From: Candidatus Methylomirabilis oxygeniifera
GTDB lineage: Bacteria > Methylomirabilota > Methylomirabilia > Methylomirabilales > Methylomirabilaceae
Length of the DNA stretch: 32,000 nt
Assembly: GCA_000091165.1 (NCBI GenBank)
Contig: FP565575.1
Span: 630,001-662,000, forward strand
Reading direction: 5' to 3'
How positions within the stretch are numbered: the stretch's first letter is position 1; each line of letters opens with the position of its first letter. Shown here piece by piece: positions 1 through 9,204 of the stretch. The position numbers and the translations under genes were made by a program. A model generated the notes under the pieces. It ran no database searches and had not been told where the DNA came from. It saw only the letters and a program-made list of their open reading frames with translations.

Positions 1-775
1 CATGCACCACCATTGCCCGTCCGGTCTTCTTGACCGAGGAGGCGATCGTGGACATATCCATCGGCTGAAGTGTCCGGAGGTCCACCACCTCCAGGTCGAT
101 CCCTTCAGGTAGGAGCCGCTCCGCCGCTGCGAGTGCGTGCTGGAGCATGGCGCCGTAGGTGATGACACTGATGGTACTGCCTGATCTTTTGACCTCCGCC
201 TGGCCGATCGGCACGATCGAATCTCCCTCCGGCACCTCCCCTTTGATGTGGCGATAGAGGTACTTGTGCTCGAAGTAGATCACGGGATTGGGATCGCGGA
301 TGGCAGCTTTCAGGAGTCCCTTCGCATCGGCAGGAGTAGAGGGGGCCACCAGCTTCAGCCCGGCCACATGAAAGAACCACGCCTCCGGACATTGGGAATG
401 GAACGGCCCCGCGTGGAGTCCGCCGCCGTAAGGGGCCCGAATGACCATGGGGACCGGTTCGCCGAGGCGGTAGTGATGTTTGGCCGCCATATTGACGATC
501 TGGTCAAAGGCGCAGGCGATGAAGTCGGCGAACTGCATCTCGACGACGGGCCGCATCCCCATGAGGGCCGCGCCGATTGCGGCCCCGACGAATGCCGACT
601 CGGACAACGGCGTATCGATCACGCGCTCCGATCCGAACTTATCTAGGAACCCCTTCGTCACCTTGAAAGCACCGCCGTAGACCCCGATGTCTTCTCCCAG
701 CATGAAGACGCGCTCATCCCGGTCCATTTCCTCCCACAAGGCTTGGCGGATCGCTTCAAGATAGGTGATTTCCAT
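1..775 (-). CDS. Pyruvate / 2-oxoisovalerate-type dehydrogenase E1 component, beta subunit (C-terminus runs off the window start)
   Basis: Minus-strand frame open from ATG at 775 to the window edge: MEITYLEAIRQALWEEMDRDERVFMLGEDIGVYGGAFKVTKGF...GSERVIDTPLSESAFVGAAIGAALMGMRPVVEMQFADF, the classic E1-beta sequence. Absent from the ORF track because it is truncated by the edge. Confidence 0.93.
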   Translation of the reverse strand, partial: MEITYLEAIRQALWEEMDRDERVFMLGEDIGVYGGAFKVTKGFLDKFGSERVIDTPLSESAFVGAAIGAALMGMRPVVEMQFADFIACAFDQIVNMAAKHHYRLGEPVPMVIRAPYGGGLHAGPFHSQCPEAWFFHVAGLKLVAPSTPADAKGLLKAAIRDPNPVIYFEHKYLYRHIKGEVPEGDSIVPIGQAEVKRSGSTISVITYGAMLQHALAAAERLLPEGIDLEVVDLRTLQPMDMSTIASSVKKTGRAMVVH

Positions 776-809
776 CCTGTCTCCTCACAATACAACGAAT
801 AGCTGCCGG

Positions 810-1781
810 CTAAGCGGCGTAGACTCCCTCAAGGAGTTCCTTCGCATCCGGAAGCGGGCTCGATTCTGCGAAGAGGACCGCTTCCTCGATCTCCTTCGCG
901 ATGCGGTCGTCGATCGTCTTGGCGGAGGCGTCATCAAGGATCTTCCGGTCACGCAGGCAGGCGGCGAATCGATCGATGGGGTCCCGCTTTCGCCACTCTT
1001 CGAGCAGGCCGGGCGGGACATACGAGGCGTCGTCATGCTCGGCATGACCGCGCATCCGCATCGTTTTGCCTTCCACGAGAGACGGGCCGTCGCCCGCTCT
1101 CGCGCGAGCGATCGCCTCAGCGACGGCATCGTGGACGGCCAGCACATCGTTGCCGTCCACGATGATGCCAGGCATCCCGTAGGCTTTGGCGCGATCGGCA
1201 ACATGCTCGATAGCCATCTGACGAGAAAGCGGGGTGGAGTAGGCGTACTGATTGTTGTGGCAGATGAAGACGACGGGCAGTTTGAGTACCGCCGCAAGGT
1301 TCAGCGCCTCATGGAAATCACCGCGGCTTGACGCGCCGTCGCCGAAGAATGCCGCCACCACTCGCCGCTCGCGCCGAAGCTTGAAGGTCAGGGCAACGCC
1401 TGCCGCCACCGGCAGCAGGTCGGCCATCGGACTGATGAATCCGATGATGCCGCGCGTGATATCGCCGAAATGCACATTGCCGTCCCGCCCCCTGGTCAAC
1501 CCGGTCTGCCTGGCGAGGTAGTGGGTCATGTACTCCTTCGGCGTGATCCCTTTCACGAGGTTGGCGCCAAGATCCCGATGGGTAGGGGCGATAACGTCAT
1601 CGCGTTCCAGCGCTGATGCGCTTCCCACCGCGATGGCCTCTTCGCCGTTACCGAGGTAGACGCCGCCGACGATCTTTCCCTGTCGGTAGAGCGTAATCAC
1701 CCGCTGTTCCATCCCGCGGGTGAGCTTGAGGTAGTAATAGATATTCAGCAACTCGTCCGGTGCGGGCTTCCGAACCCCCAT
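810..1781 (-). CDS. Pyruvate dehydrogenase-type E1 component, alpha subunit
   Basis: 323 aa ORF with ThPP-binding region GDGASSRGDFHEALNLAAVLKLPVVFICHNNQYAYSTP and phosphorylation-loop-like region RMRGHAEHDDASYVP. It sits directly upstream of E1-beta on the same strand. Confidence 0.93.
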   Translation of the reverse strand: MGVRKPAPDELLNIYYYLKLTRGMEQRVITLYRQGKIVGGVYLGNGEEAIAVGSASALERDDVIAPTHRDLGANLVKGITPKEYMTHYLARQTGLTRGRDGNVHFGDITRGIIGFISPMADLLPVAAGVALTFKLRRERRVVAAFFGDGASSRGDFHEALNLAAVLKLPVVFICHNNQYAYSTPLSRQMAIEHVADRAKAYGMPGIIVDGNDVLAVHDAVAEAIARARAGDGPSLVEGKTMRMRGHAEHDDASYVPPGLLEEWRKRDPIDRFAACLRDRKILDDASAKTIDDRIAKEIEEAVLFAESSPLPDAKELLEGVYAA

Positions 1782-2486
1782 CGCGCCACCTCTCCCCTGT
1801 GTGGTACAAAGCGGCTTCGCCTTAACGGGCCGTAGTATAGTCTGTCCAAACTGTGTTTGTAAATCATTTCATCATGCACGCGAACATCTTCCGCCGTCTG
1901 CTGAACAGGCTGTCCCGTGGTATTCTCAGCGTCCCATCGCGAACATCATCACGATGATCAAAGCAATAGCGACAGCCGCCACAATCAGTAGTAGGCGAGT
2001 AGCCCTTCGTGTATATTTGTCTATACGTCGATGTGGCATCTCTTACTCCACCGCGGTAGTCTTCGCCTCTTAGGGCCCGCTCAGAAACCATTCTCACCAT
2101 AGCATACGGCCCTCAGCCTCCGCTATAGCAGTTCACTTCCAGACTCCCCTTCGCCATCCTTTTGAAAGGGGGAGAGCTGAGATTGCCGCACGGCCTTCGG
2201 TCGCTCGCAATGACAAACATACGAGCGAGTTGCGCGATCGATCTCCATTCTTAGGCACTCCAACGCGATGCGGTCGCAGGACCCGCGCTGACAGGAGTCG
2301 TGTGATAAGCATCTGAAAGCTAAAGATGGGCTATGGAAGCGGATTTTCCGGAATAGCCTTCAGGAAAAAACTTGACAGTCCCGGAATCGTCAGTAATATA
2401 AAAGTTAGATCCTGTAGTGTGCGGCCCTTGGATTGCGTGATGCGACGACCGGCGACAGAACCAAGGGGCAAGGAGGTCAGGCGATC

Positions 2487-4316
2487 ATGAGTGATCCTGA
2501 GAAGGGCTCGGCGAAGTTAAGCTCTTTTAGAAAGACCATGCGGAAGCTTTCTGAACAGCTTCCGGGGAGCGAGACCACGTACACCCGTAAGCTTTCTCGG
2601 TATGAGGGTGAGATCGAGGCGCTTCAAGCGCAGGTGAAGACGCTCGAAGAGGAGGTCTATCACCTTCAGCGACGACTGGATCAGACTCCCAAAGAGTTCG
2701 AGTTTCTCCGATCCAAGCTCGACCAGTCCCGCGAGCAGTTGGGTCAGGCGCATAATCAGAATCAGCGGATGGTCGAGGCCCTACAGCAGGCGAAGGAGCA
2801 GATAGAGAGCCTTCGTGAGGAAGTAGAGAAGCTCTCCGCCCCGCCGAGCCCGTATGGGATCTTTGCGTCGATGAACTCCGACCAGACGGCAAACATCTAT
2901 ACGGGCGGCCGGAAGATGAAGGTCAATCTTCACCCTTCAGTACGTCCGGATACGTTGCGTAAGGGCCAGGAGCTCATCCTGAATGAAGCGTTCAATGTCA
3001 TTGAGGCGGCAGGCTTCGATGAGCAGGGCGAGGTTGTGACCCTGAAAGACCTGCTCGATGAAGGTCGCGCTGTGGTCACACTGCGCGCCGATGAGATGCG
3101 AGTGGTTGAGCTGGCCGATCCGCTGCGGCAACTCTCCCTCAAAGCGGGTGACCATCTGCTCCTCGATCCGCGATCGGGGCACATTCTGGAGAAGTTACCC
3201 AAGACCGATGCCCAGGAGCTGTTCCTCGAGGAGGTTCCGAGTATCGGCTATGAGGCCATCGGCGGGCTCGGTCCTCAGATCGAGATGATCAGGGATGCCA
3301 TCGAGCTGCCGCATCTGTACGTTGACTATTTCAGAGAACACCAGCTCCAGCCCCCGAAGGGGGTGTTGCTCTATGGGCCGCCGGGTTGCGGCAAGACCCT
3401 GATCGCGAAGGCGGTCGCGCACTCGCTGGCCGAGCAACTGGCAAAGAAGACGGGACAGGCAGTCAAAGGCTACTTCTTGAACGTCAAGGGTCCTGAGTTG
3501 CTGAACAAATATGTCGGCGAGACGGAACGGCAGATACGGGAGATCTTCGGCAGGGCCAAGGAGAAGGCCACCGAGGGATCGCCGGTCGTTATCTTTTTTG
3601 ATGAGATGGACTCTCTCTTCCGGACTCGTGGTTCGGGCATCTCCTCGGATATAGAGTCTACGATCGTTCCGCAGTTCCTGGCGGAGCTGGATGGTGTAGA
3701 GGGGCTCAAGCACGTGATCGTCATCGGGGCTACGAACCGGCAGGATCTCATCGACCCGGCTGTCCTGCGTCCTGGACGTTTCGATGTCAAGATTAAAATC
3801 GACCGGCCCGATCAGAGTGCGGCTCATGAGATCTTCGCAAAGTATCTGACGGCCGAACTGCCGTTTGCAGCGACTGAACTCAAGACGCATGGGACGCGTG
3901 AAAAGGCGGCGGCAGCCATGATTGCGGCGGCCATTGAGCTTCTGTACGCCACAGTCCCTGAGCACCGCTTTCTGGAGGTCACGTACGCCTCCGGCCAGCA
4001 GGAAACGCTGTACTTCAAGGATTTCGCTTCGGGCGCCATGATCGAATCGGTCTGTACAAGGGCCAAGAAGCGGGCGGTCAAGCGGATGATCGCGACAGGC
4101 GTCAAGGGCCTGACGGTGGAAGACCTGCTCGATGCGGTCCGGACCGAGTTCAGGGAGAATGAAGATCTGCCGAATACCACCAATCCGGACGACTGGGCCA
4201 AGATTGCCGGTCGGCGAAGCGAGCGCATCGTGAATGTGCGGACAGTCTTCGACCGTGAAGAGAAAGAGAAGAAGTCCCGCAAGGTTGAAACCATCTCCAC
4301 CGGCCACTATCTATGA
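2487..4316 (+). CDS. arc: Proteasome-associated AAA+ ATPase ARC/Mpa
   Basis: N-terminal coiled coil (KTLEEEVYHLQRRLDQ...), OB-like interdomain region, Walker A GPPGCGKT, Walker B VIFFDEMD, and C-terminal ISTGHYL resembling the Mpa proteasome-docking tail. Internal ATG at 2487 preceded by aaggaggtcag is preferred to the track start at 2433. Confidence 0.95.
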   Translation: MSDPEKGSAKLSSFRKTMRKLSEQLPGSETTYTRKLSRYEGEIEALQAQVKTLEEEVYHLQRRLDQTPKEFEFLRSKLDQSREQLGQAHNQNQRMVEALQQAKEQIESLREEVEKLSAPPSPYGIFASMNSDQTANIYTGGRKMKVNLHPSVRPDTLRKGQELILNEAFNVIEAAGFDEQGEVVTLKDLLDEGRAVVTLRADEMRVVELADPLRQLSLKAGDHLLLDPRSGHILEKLPKTDAQELFLEEVPSIGYEAIGGLGPQIEMIRDAIELPHLYVDYFREHQLQPPKGVLLYGPPGCGKTLIAKAVAHSLAEQLAKKTGQAVKGYFLNVKGPELLNKYVGETERQIREIFGRAKEKATEGSPVVIFFDEMDSLFRTRGSGISSDIESTIVPQFLAELDGVEGLKHVIVIGATNRQDLIDPAVLRPGRFDVKIKIDRPDQSAAHEIFAKYLTAELPFAATELKTHGTREKAAAAMIAAAIELLYATVPEHRFLEVTYASGQQETLYFKDFASGAMIESVCTRAKKRAVKRMIATGVKGLTVEDLLDAVRTEFRENEDLPNTTNPDDWAKIAGRRSERIVNVRTVFDREEKEKKSRKVETISTGHYL

Positions 4317-4541
4317 TGAGGCGTAATTGCGCAGGTAGATAGACCGAAGACTGTAGGTTTTTAATTGAGAGATTTGCACTACCGACTAAATTCAGCGAAG
4401 CGTTCGGGTTTCTTGCCCAACGGGAATTCATCACGTGAACCAAGAGCCGTAGAAACCAAGAAGGTCTTGAATGGCTTGATGCCTCGTCTTGCGATAATGT
4501 ATAACCTTCAGCCTTCAGCCTAAACACCTGAGTAGCTACAC

Positions 4542-6026
4542 ATGGCGATCGAAAAGATCATGGGGACCGAGACCGAGTTAGGGATCAGCGCTAAGGATCC
4601 CCGCGGGTTCGATCCCGTGTCCGGCTCCATCCTGTTGATTAACAGTCATCGTCCCATCGCTGAGGTGAAGGCGATATGGGATTATACCAGTGAGAACCCG
4701 CTCCTCGATGCCCGCGGATTCGAGGTGAGCGGGGAGCGCGAAAGGCCGAGTCAACAGGATAACCGCACCATCAATAAGCTGCTTCGAAACGGGGGCCGCC
4801 TCTATGTCGATGGGGCCCATCCCGAATACTCGACGCCGGAGTGCGCGGCCGCCCGGGACGTCGTTTGTTACGAGAAGGCGGGCGAGCGGATCTTCGAGCT
4901 GTGCCTGGCCTCAGCCAACCTGACCTTGCCGGAGCGGCAACGGATCGTTGTCTACAAGAATAATAGTGACGGGAAGGGGAACAGCTACGGCCACCATGAA
5001 AACTACCTGATGGAACGGCGGGTTCCATTTGACCGGATTGTCCAGGGGCTCGCTCCGTTTCTGGCGACCCGTCAGATCTTTGCGGGCTCGGGGAAGGTCG
5101 GGGCCGAAAACGGCGGCGAGTGTTGCGACTTTCAGATCTCTCAACGGGCCGACTTCTTCGAAACTTTTATCGGTCTCGACACCATGGCCAAGCGTCCCAT
5201 CATCAACACCCGCGATGAGCCCCACGCCGACGAGGAGAAGTACCGCCGCCTGCACGTCATTGTCGGCGACTCCAACATGTCGGAGGTCGCGACCTATCTG
5301 AAGGTCGGCACCACCGCCATCGTCCTCGCCATGGTCGAGGACGGCGTCATCACACGCGACCTCGCCCTCGAGGACCCCGTCCGGGCCATCAAGGAGATCT
5401 CCCACGACATCACCTGCCGCCGCCGGGTGCGCCTGAAGCGCGGCAAGGAGTTCTCCGCCGTTGAGATTCAGCGGGAGTACCTCGACCTGGCCCTCGAGTA
5501 CTACCAGGGCCGCGAACGCAGCCCCCAGGTGGCCGACCTTCTCGAGAAGTGGCAGTACGTCCTGGACAAGCTGGCGGAGGACCCGATGACGCTCAACCGC
5601 GAGCTCGACTGGGTCATCAAACACGGACTCATCACCTCCTACATCGCCCGCAAGGGTTGCTCCTTCGACGACCAGCGCGTCTTCATGCTGGACCTGCAGT
5701 ATCATGATCTCCGTCGGGACAAGGGACTCTACTTTACTCTGGAGCGCCAGGGATATGTTGAGCGGATCGTGACTGACGAAGAGATTCTTATGGCCATGAA
5801 GACGCCTCCAGCGGATACACGGGCCTACTTCCGCGGAATGTGCCTCGAGAAGTATCCTGACGAGGTCTACGGGGCGAGTTGGAGTTCGGTGCTCTTCGAT
5901 ACCGGCGAGGCCGCGGTGAAACGGATTCCCATGACCGATCCGTTGAGGGGTACGCAGAAATTGGCGAGCGAACTGCTGGATCGCTCCGACACCGCCGCGG
6001 AGTTGTTGGAGAATATCGCGGTCTAG
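4542..6026 (+). CDS. dop: Depupylase/deamidase Dop (Pup/UBact hydrolase)
   Basis: MGTETELGI start, Dop-loop-like insertion AEVKAIWDYTSENPLLDARGFEVSGE, RLYVDGAHPEYSTPEC, YKNNSDGKGNSYGHHENYL. Lies between arc and prcB as in canonical pupylation loci. Confidence 0.93.
   Translation: MAIEKIMGTETELGISAKDPRGFDPVSGSILLINSHRPIAEVKAIWDYTSENPLLDARGFEVSGERERPSQQDNRTINKLLRNGGRLYVDGAHPEYSTPECAAARDVVCYEKAGERIFELCLASANLTLPERQRIVVYKNNSDGKGNSYGHHENYLMERRVPFDRIVQGLAPFLATRQIFAGSGKVGAENGGECCDFQISQRADFFETFIGLDTMAKRPIINTRDEPHADEEKYRRLHVIVGDSNMSEVATYLKVGTTAIVLAMVEDGVITRDLALEDPVRAIKEISHDITCRRRVRLKRGKEFSAVEIQREYLDLALEYYQGRERSPQVADLLEKWQYVLDKLAEDPMTLNRELDWVIKHGLITSYIARKGCSFDDQRVFMLDLQYHDLRRDKGLYFTLERQGYVERIVTDEEILMAMKTPPADTRAYFRGMCLEKYPDEVYGASWSSVLFDTGEAAVKRIPMTDPLRGTQKLASELLDRSDTAAELLENIAV
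5198..5707 (+). repeat. Copy 1 of a 510-bp direct repeat inside dop (partner 8280..8789)
   Basis: Line-by-line comparison shows no difference from catcatcaacacccgcgatgag... to ...gacctgcagtatcatga. The offset is a constant 3082 bp and flanks diverge immediately. Confidence 0.96.
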
Positions 6027-6055
6027 CGCATACGCGCTCCATTCGGGATACCTAT

Positions 6056-6907
6056 ATGCACTCGTTGTTCGATTCCATAGTTCCAGGTTCGAGTTTTTTT
6101 GACCTGCTCCGGCAGTGTCGCTCGGACCTGCTGCCGCAGATGCCGATCAAGCCGGAAGGCCTGTCGCAGGTCGAGATCCGGGAGTTGATGGAGCAACCTC
6201 ATGGGACCACCATTCTCGCGATGAGGTTCCGAGATGGAGCCCTCATCGCGGGCGATCGGCAGGCGACTGAGGGTTATCAGATCTCGTCACGGCGAATCGA
6301 AAAGGTCTACAAGGCGGATCAGTACTCGGCCATCGCTATTGCCGGCGTCGCCGGTCCGTGCATCGAGATGGCCAAGCTGTTTGAAGTGGAGCTGACTCAC
6401 TACGAGAAGCTGGAAGGAATGTCGCTCTCGTTGGAGGGAAAGGCGAACAAGTTGTCTCAGATGGTCAAGGCCAATCTCCCGATGGCGATGCAGGGATTGG
6501 TGGTGATCCCGATCTTTGTCGGCTACGACGTCAGAAGCGGTGACGGTAAGATTTTCAAGTACGATGTCACCGGCGGCAGGTACGAGGAAACGGATTACTA
6601 CGCGACAGGCTCCGGCGGGAAGGACGCCCGCTCCACGATGAAAAAGCTGTATCGCGATCGTATGACTGAGGACGAGGCGATAGCAGTCGGGCTGGAGGCG
6701 CTGATTGACGCGGCGGAGGAGGACGTAGGGACCGGAGGCCCCGACTTTATTCGCGGAGTCTTTCCTACTGTCAAGCTGGCTGCTAAGGCGGGTCTGCAGG
6801 ATGTGCCGGAGATCCGCGTCAGAGAACTCTGCCAGGCTATTATCGATCGCCGCAAGCTGGTTGAGAGAGGGGCGAAGGGTGAGACCGGGGTGGGTGAGGT
6901 GAGCTGA
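6056..6907 (+). CDS. prcB: 20S proteasome beta subunit PrcB
   Basis: MHSLFDSIVPGSSFFDLLRQ... propeptide followed by G|TTILAMRFRDGALIAGDRQATEGYQISSRRIEKVYK, with catalytic Thr after the Gly. ATG at 6056 preferred over the upstream in-frame start at 5879, which lies inside dop. Confidence 0.94.
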   Translation: MHSLFDSIVPGSSFFDLLRQCRSDLLPQMPIKPEGLSQVEIRELMEQPHGTTILAMRFRDGALIAGDRQATEGYQISSRRIEKVYKADQYSAIAIAGVAGPCIEMAKLFEVELTHYEKLEGMSLSLEGKANKLSQMVKANLPMAMQGLVVIPIFVGYDVRSGDGKIFKYDVTGGRYEETDYYATGSGGKDARSTMKKLYRDRMTEDEAIAVGLEALIDAAEEDVGTGGPDFIRGVFPTVKLAAKAGLQDVPEIRVRELCQAIIDRRKLVERGAKGETGVGEVS

Positions 6908-7602
6908 TGGCGCTTCCGTATTACGTGTCACCAGAGCAGATGATGCAGGATAAGGCGGAGTATGCCCGGAAGGGGATCGCCAGAGGAAAATCGATCATCG
7001 TTCTGGAATATGCTGACGGAATGATGCTGGTGGCTGAGAATCCCAGCGCGTCACTCAATAAGATCTCAGAGATTTACGACCGGATCGCCTTTGCCGGCGC
7101 CGGGCGGTACAGCGAGTTCGAAAATCTCCGGAAGGCGGGGATTCGGTATGCGGACCTGAAGGGGTTTGCGTATGACCGGGAAGACGTGACGGCCAAGTCG
7201 CTCGCCAATGCCTACTCTCAGACCATCGGCAATATTTTCAGCGAGGCGATGAAGCCGCTGGAGGTAGATATTTTAGTGGTAGAAGTGGCCGATGGCGGAG
7301 GACTGCCTAATGAGGTATATCGGATTGCCTTTGACGGCAGCATCTACGACGAGAAGGGGTTTGCTGCAATCGGCGGGCAGGCTGAAGAGATCAGGCAGCA
7401 CCTGAAGGACAAATACCAGACGGGACTTGATCGGAAGGCGGCTCTCAGGCTGGCTATACAGGCGCTGGAAGCCGTGAGCAGTACGAAGATCGAATCGAGA
7501 AGCCTGGAGGTGGCGATCCTGGAGCGCAGTCGCACGGGCCGGAAGTTCCGCCGCCTTTCCCAGGATGATCTCACGACAATTCTCACCGATACAGAGTCAT
7601 AG
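6907..7602 (+). CDS. prcA: 20S proteasome alpha subunit PrcA
   Basis: MALPYYVSPEQMMQDKAEYARKGIARGKSIIVLEYADGMMLVAENPS, typical PrcA N-terminus. Starts overlapping the prcB stop. Confidence 0.94.
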   Translation: MALPYYVSPEQMMQDKAEYARKGIARGKSIIVLEYADGMMLVAENPSASLNKISEIYDRIAFAGAGRYSEFENLRKAGIRYADLKGFAYDREDVTAKSLANAYSQTIGNIFSEAMKPLEVDILVVEVADGGGLPNEVYRIAFDGSIYDEKGFAAIGGQAEEIRQHLKDKYQTGLDRKAALRLAIQALEAVSSTKIESRSLEVAILERSRTGRKFRRLSQDDLTTILTDTES

Positions 7603-7713
7603 CTCCGCACGATTCTCCAGCCCCGCACCACGTACCTTAGACCTCGCACATATCTACGGAATTCCATTGACCGTCACAGGGCCTTCCGGTACGATGATAA
7701 TGGAGTCGTTGCC

Positions 7714-9072
7714 ATGCAGGAGCGTATCCTTGGACTGGAAAGCGAATACGGTCTGATCTCGTCCTCGGTCGGCGGGCGGGTGAACCTGTCGGTCGAAAGC
7801 GCACTGGGCTATCTCTTTGAAAAGGTGGTCTCGCGCCAGCGCGGGACCAACGACTTTCTGCGAAATGGCGCGCGCCTCTATCAGGATACCGGTTGTCATC
7901 CAGAGTATGCGACCCCCGAGTGCGATAACCCTCGGGACGTGGTCATCCACGACAAGGCGGGCGAGCGGATCGTGGAGGAGTTGCTCCTGAGCGCCGAGCA
8001 GAAGCTTCACGAGAATGGCATCTACTGCGACATCTACATCTTCAAGAACAATACGGACTCCGTCGGGAACACGTACGGCTGCCACGAGAACTATCTGGTG
8101 CAGCGCGGCGTGAATTTCCACAAGCTGGCAGAGCAGTTGATTCCCTTCTTCGTCACGCGTCAGGTTTTTGCGGGTGCAGGCAAGGTACTTCGGACGAGGA
8201 TGGGGAATCATTACTATATTTCACAGCGGGCGCAACATATCTACCAGGAGATCTCCGGCGCGACGACCAGCTCGCGCGGCATCATCAACACCCGCGATGA
8301 GCCCCACGCCGACGAGGAGAAGTACCGCCGCCTGCACGTCATTGTCGGCGACTCCAACATGTCGGAGGTCGCGACCTATCTGAAGGTCGGCACCACCGCC
8401 ATCGTCCTCGCCATGGTCGAGGACGGCGTCATCACACGCGACCTCGCCCTCGAGGACCCCGTCCGGGCCATCAAGGAGATCTCCCACGACATCACCTGCC
8501 GCCGCCGGGTGCGCCTGAAGCGCGGCAAGGAGTTCTCCGCCGTTGAGATTCAGCGGGAGTACCTCGACCTGGCCCTCGAGTACTACCAGGGCCGCGAACG
8601 CAGCCCCCAGGTGGCCGACCTTCTCGAGAAGTGGCAGTACGTCCTGGACAAGCTGGCGGAGGACCCGATGACGCTCAACCGCGAGCTCGACTGGGTCATC
8701 AAACACGGACTCATCACCTCCTACATCGCCCGCAAGGGTTGCTCCTTCGACGACCAGCGCGTCTTCATGCTGGACCTGCAGTATCATGACATCAAGCGAA
8801 CCCGCGGACTGTACTATCTCATGCTGCATGGTGACCTGATCGATCGGGTCATCACGGACGATGAGATCGAGACGGCCATGACGACGCCGCCGCAAACGAC
8901 GCGGGCCAAAGTACGAAGCGACTTTATCAGGTACGCGAATGAGAAGAATAAGTCGTACGATGTGGGCTGGAGCTACCTGAAGCTGAACGACCGGTATCAG
9001 CGAACCATCCTCTGTAAGGATCCGTTCAAACCCTGGGATCCGCGCGTGGATGAGTTGATCGGTCTGTCGTAG
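7714..9072 (+). CDS. pafA: Pup--protein ligase PafA
   Basis: MQERILGLESEYGLIS, FLRNGARLYQDTGCHPEYATPECDNPRDVVIHDKAGERIVEELLL, DIYIFKNNTDSVGNTYGCHENYLV, no Dop loop, C-terminal KDPFKPWDPRVDELI. Confidence 0.93.
   Translation: MQERILGLESEYGLISSSVGGRVNLSVESALGYLFEKVVSRQRGTNDFLRNGARLYQDTGCHPEYATPECDNPRDVVIHDKAGERIVEELLLSAEQKLHENGIYCDIYIFKNNTDSVGNTYGCHENYLVQRGVNFHKLAEQLIPFFVTRQVFAGAGKVLRTRMGNHYYISQRAQHIYQEISGATTSSRGIINTRDEPHADEEKYRRLHVIVGDSNMSEVATYLKVGTTAIVLAMVEDGVITRDLALEDPVRAIKEISHDITCRRRVRLKRGKEFSAVEIQREYLDLALEYYQGRERSPQVADLLEKWQYVLDKLAEDPMTLNRELDWVIKHGLITSYIARKGCSFDDQRVFMLDLQYHDIKRTRGLYYLMLHGDLIDRVITDDEIETAMTTPPQTTRAKVRSDFIRYANEKNKSYDVGWSYLKLNDRYQRTILCKDPFKPWDPRVDELIGLS
8280..8789 (+). repeat. 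Copy 2 of the 510-bp direct repeat, inside pafA (partner 5198..5707)
   Basis: Same nucleotide sequence and same reading-frame phase as copy 1. It encodes IINTRDEPHADEEKYRRLHVIVGDSNMSEVATYLKVGTTAIVL...LDWVIKHGLITSYIARKGCSFDDQRVFMLDLQYHD. Confidence 0.96.
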
Positions 9073-9170
9073 AGATCGTGCCGTGGGTTAAGTGTTTAGC
9101 GGTCAGCCCCTTGAACCGTCAGCGTCCGACCGCTGAGAGCTGATCGCTGAACGCTGACAGCCGTATTACA

Positions 9171-9204
9171 AGAGAGGGGTGGCGGTCGCCATCCCTCTCT
9201 TTTT
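9171..9204 (+). terminator. Rho-independent terminator after pafA
   Basis: Stem agagaggggtggc / gccatccctctct with ggt loop region, one G-T pair, followed by tttt. Confidence 0.75.

Noticed and set aside
1864-2100. 78-aa minus-strand ORF and 90-aa plus-strand ORF in the E1-arc gap
   Set aside because: No recognisable domain, overlapping opposite frames, and no supporting RBS or composition signal.
3195-4307. 370-aa minus-strand ORF inside arc
   Set aside because: Antisense to the conserved AAA+ domain of arc, no RBS or recognisable motifs.
4365-4523. Open frame of 52 aa in the arc-dop gap, tested as a possible Pup/UBact
   Set aside because: Needs a TTG start with no clear RBS, has no C-terminal GGE/GGQ or RTGE/RTGQ, and ends within the cttcagcc repeat.
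4911-5705. Minus-strand ORFs 4911..5705 and 8221..8895 with nearly the same product (MILQVQHEDALVVEGATLAGDVGG...)
   Set aside because: They look like a conserved gene family but are only the antisense of the identical 510-bp dop/pafA tract.
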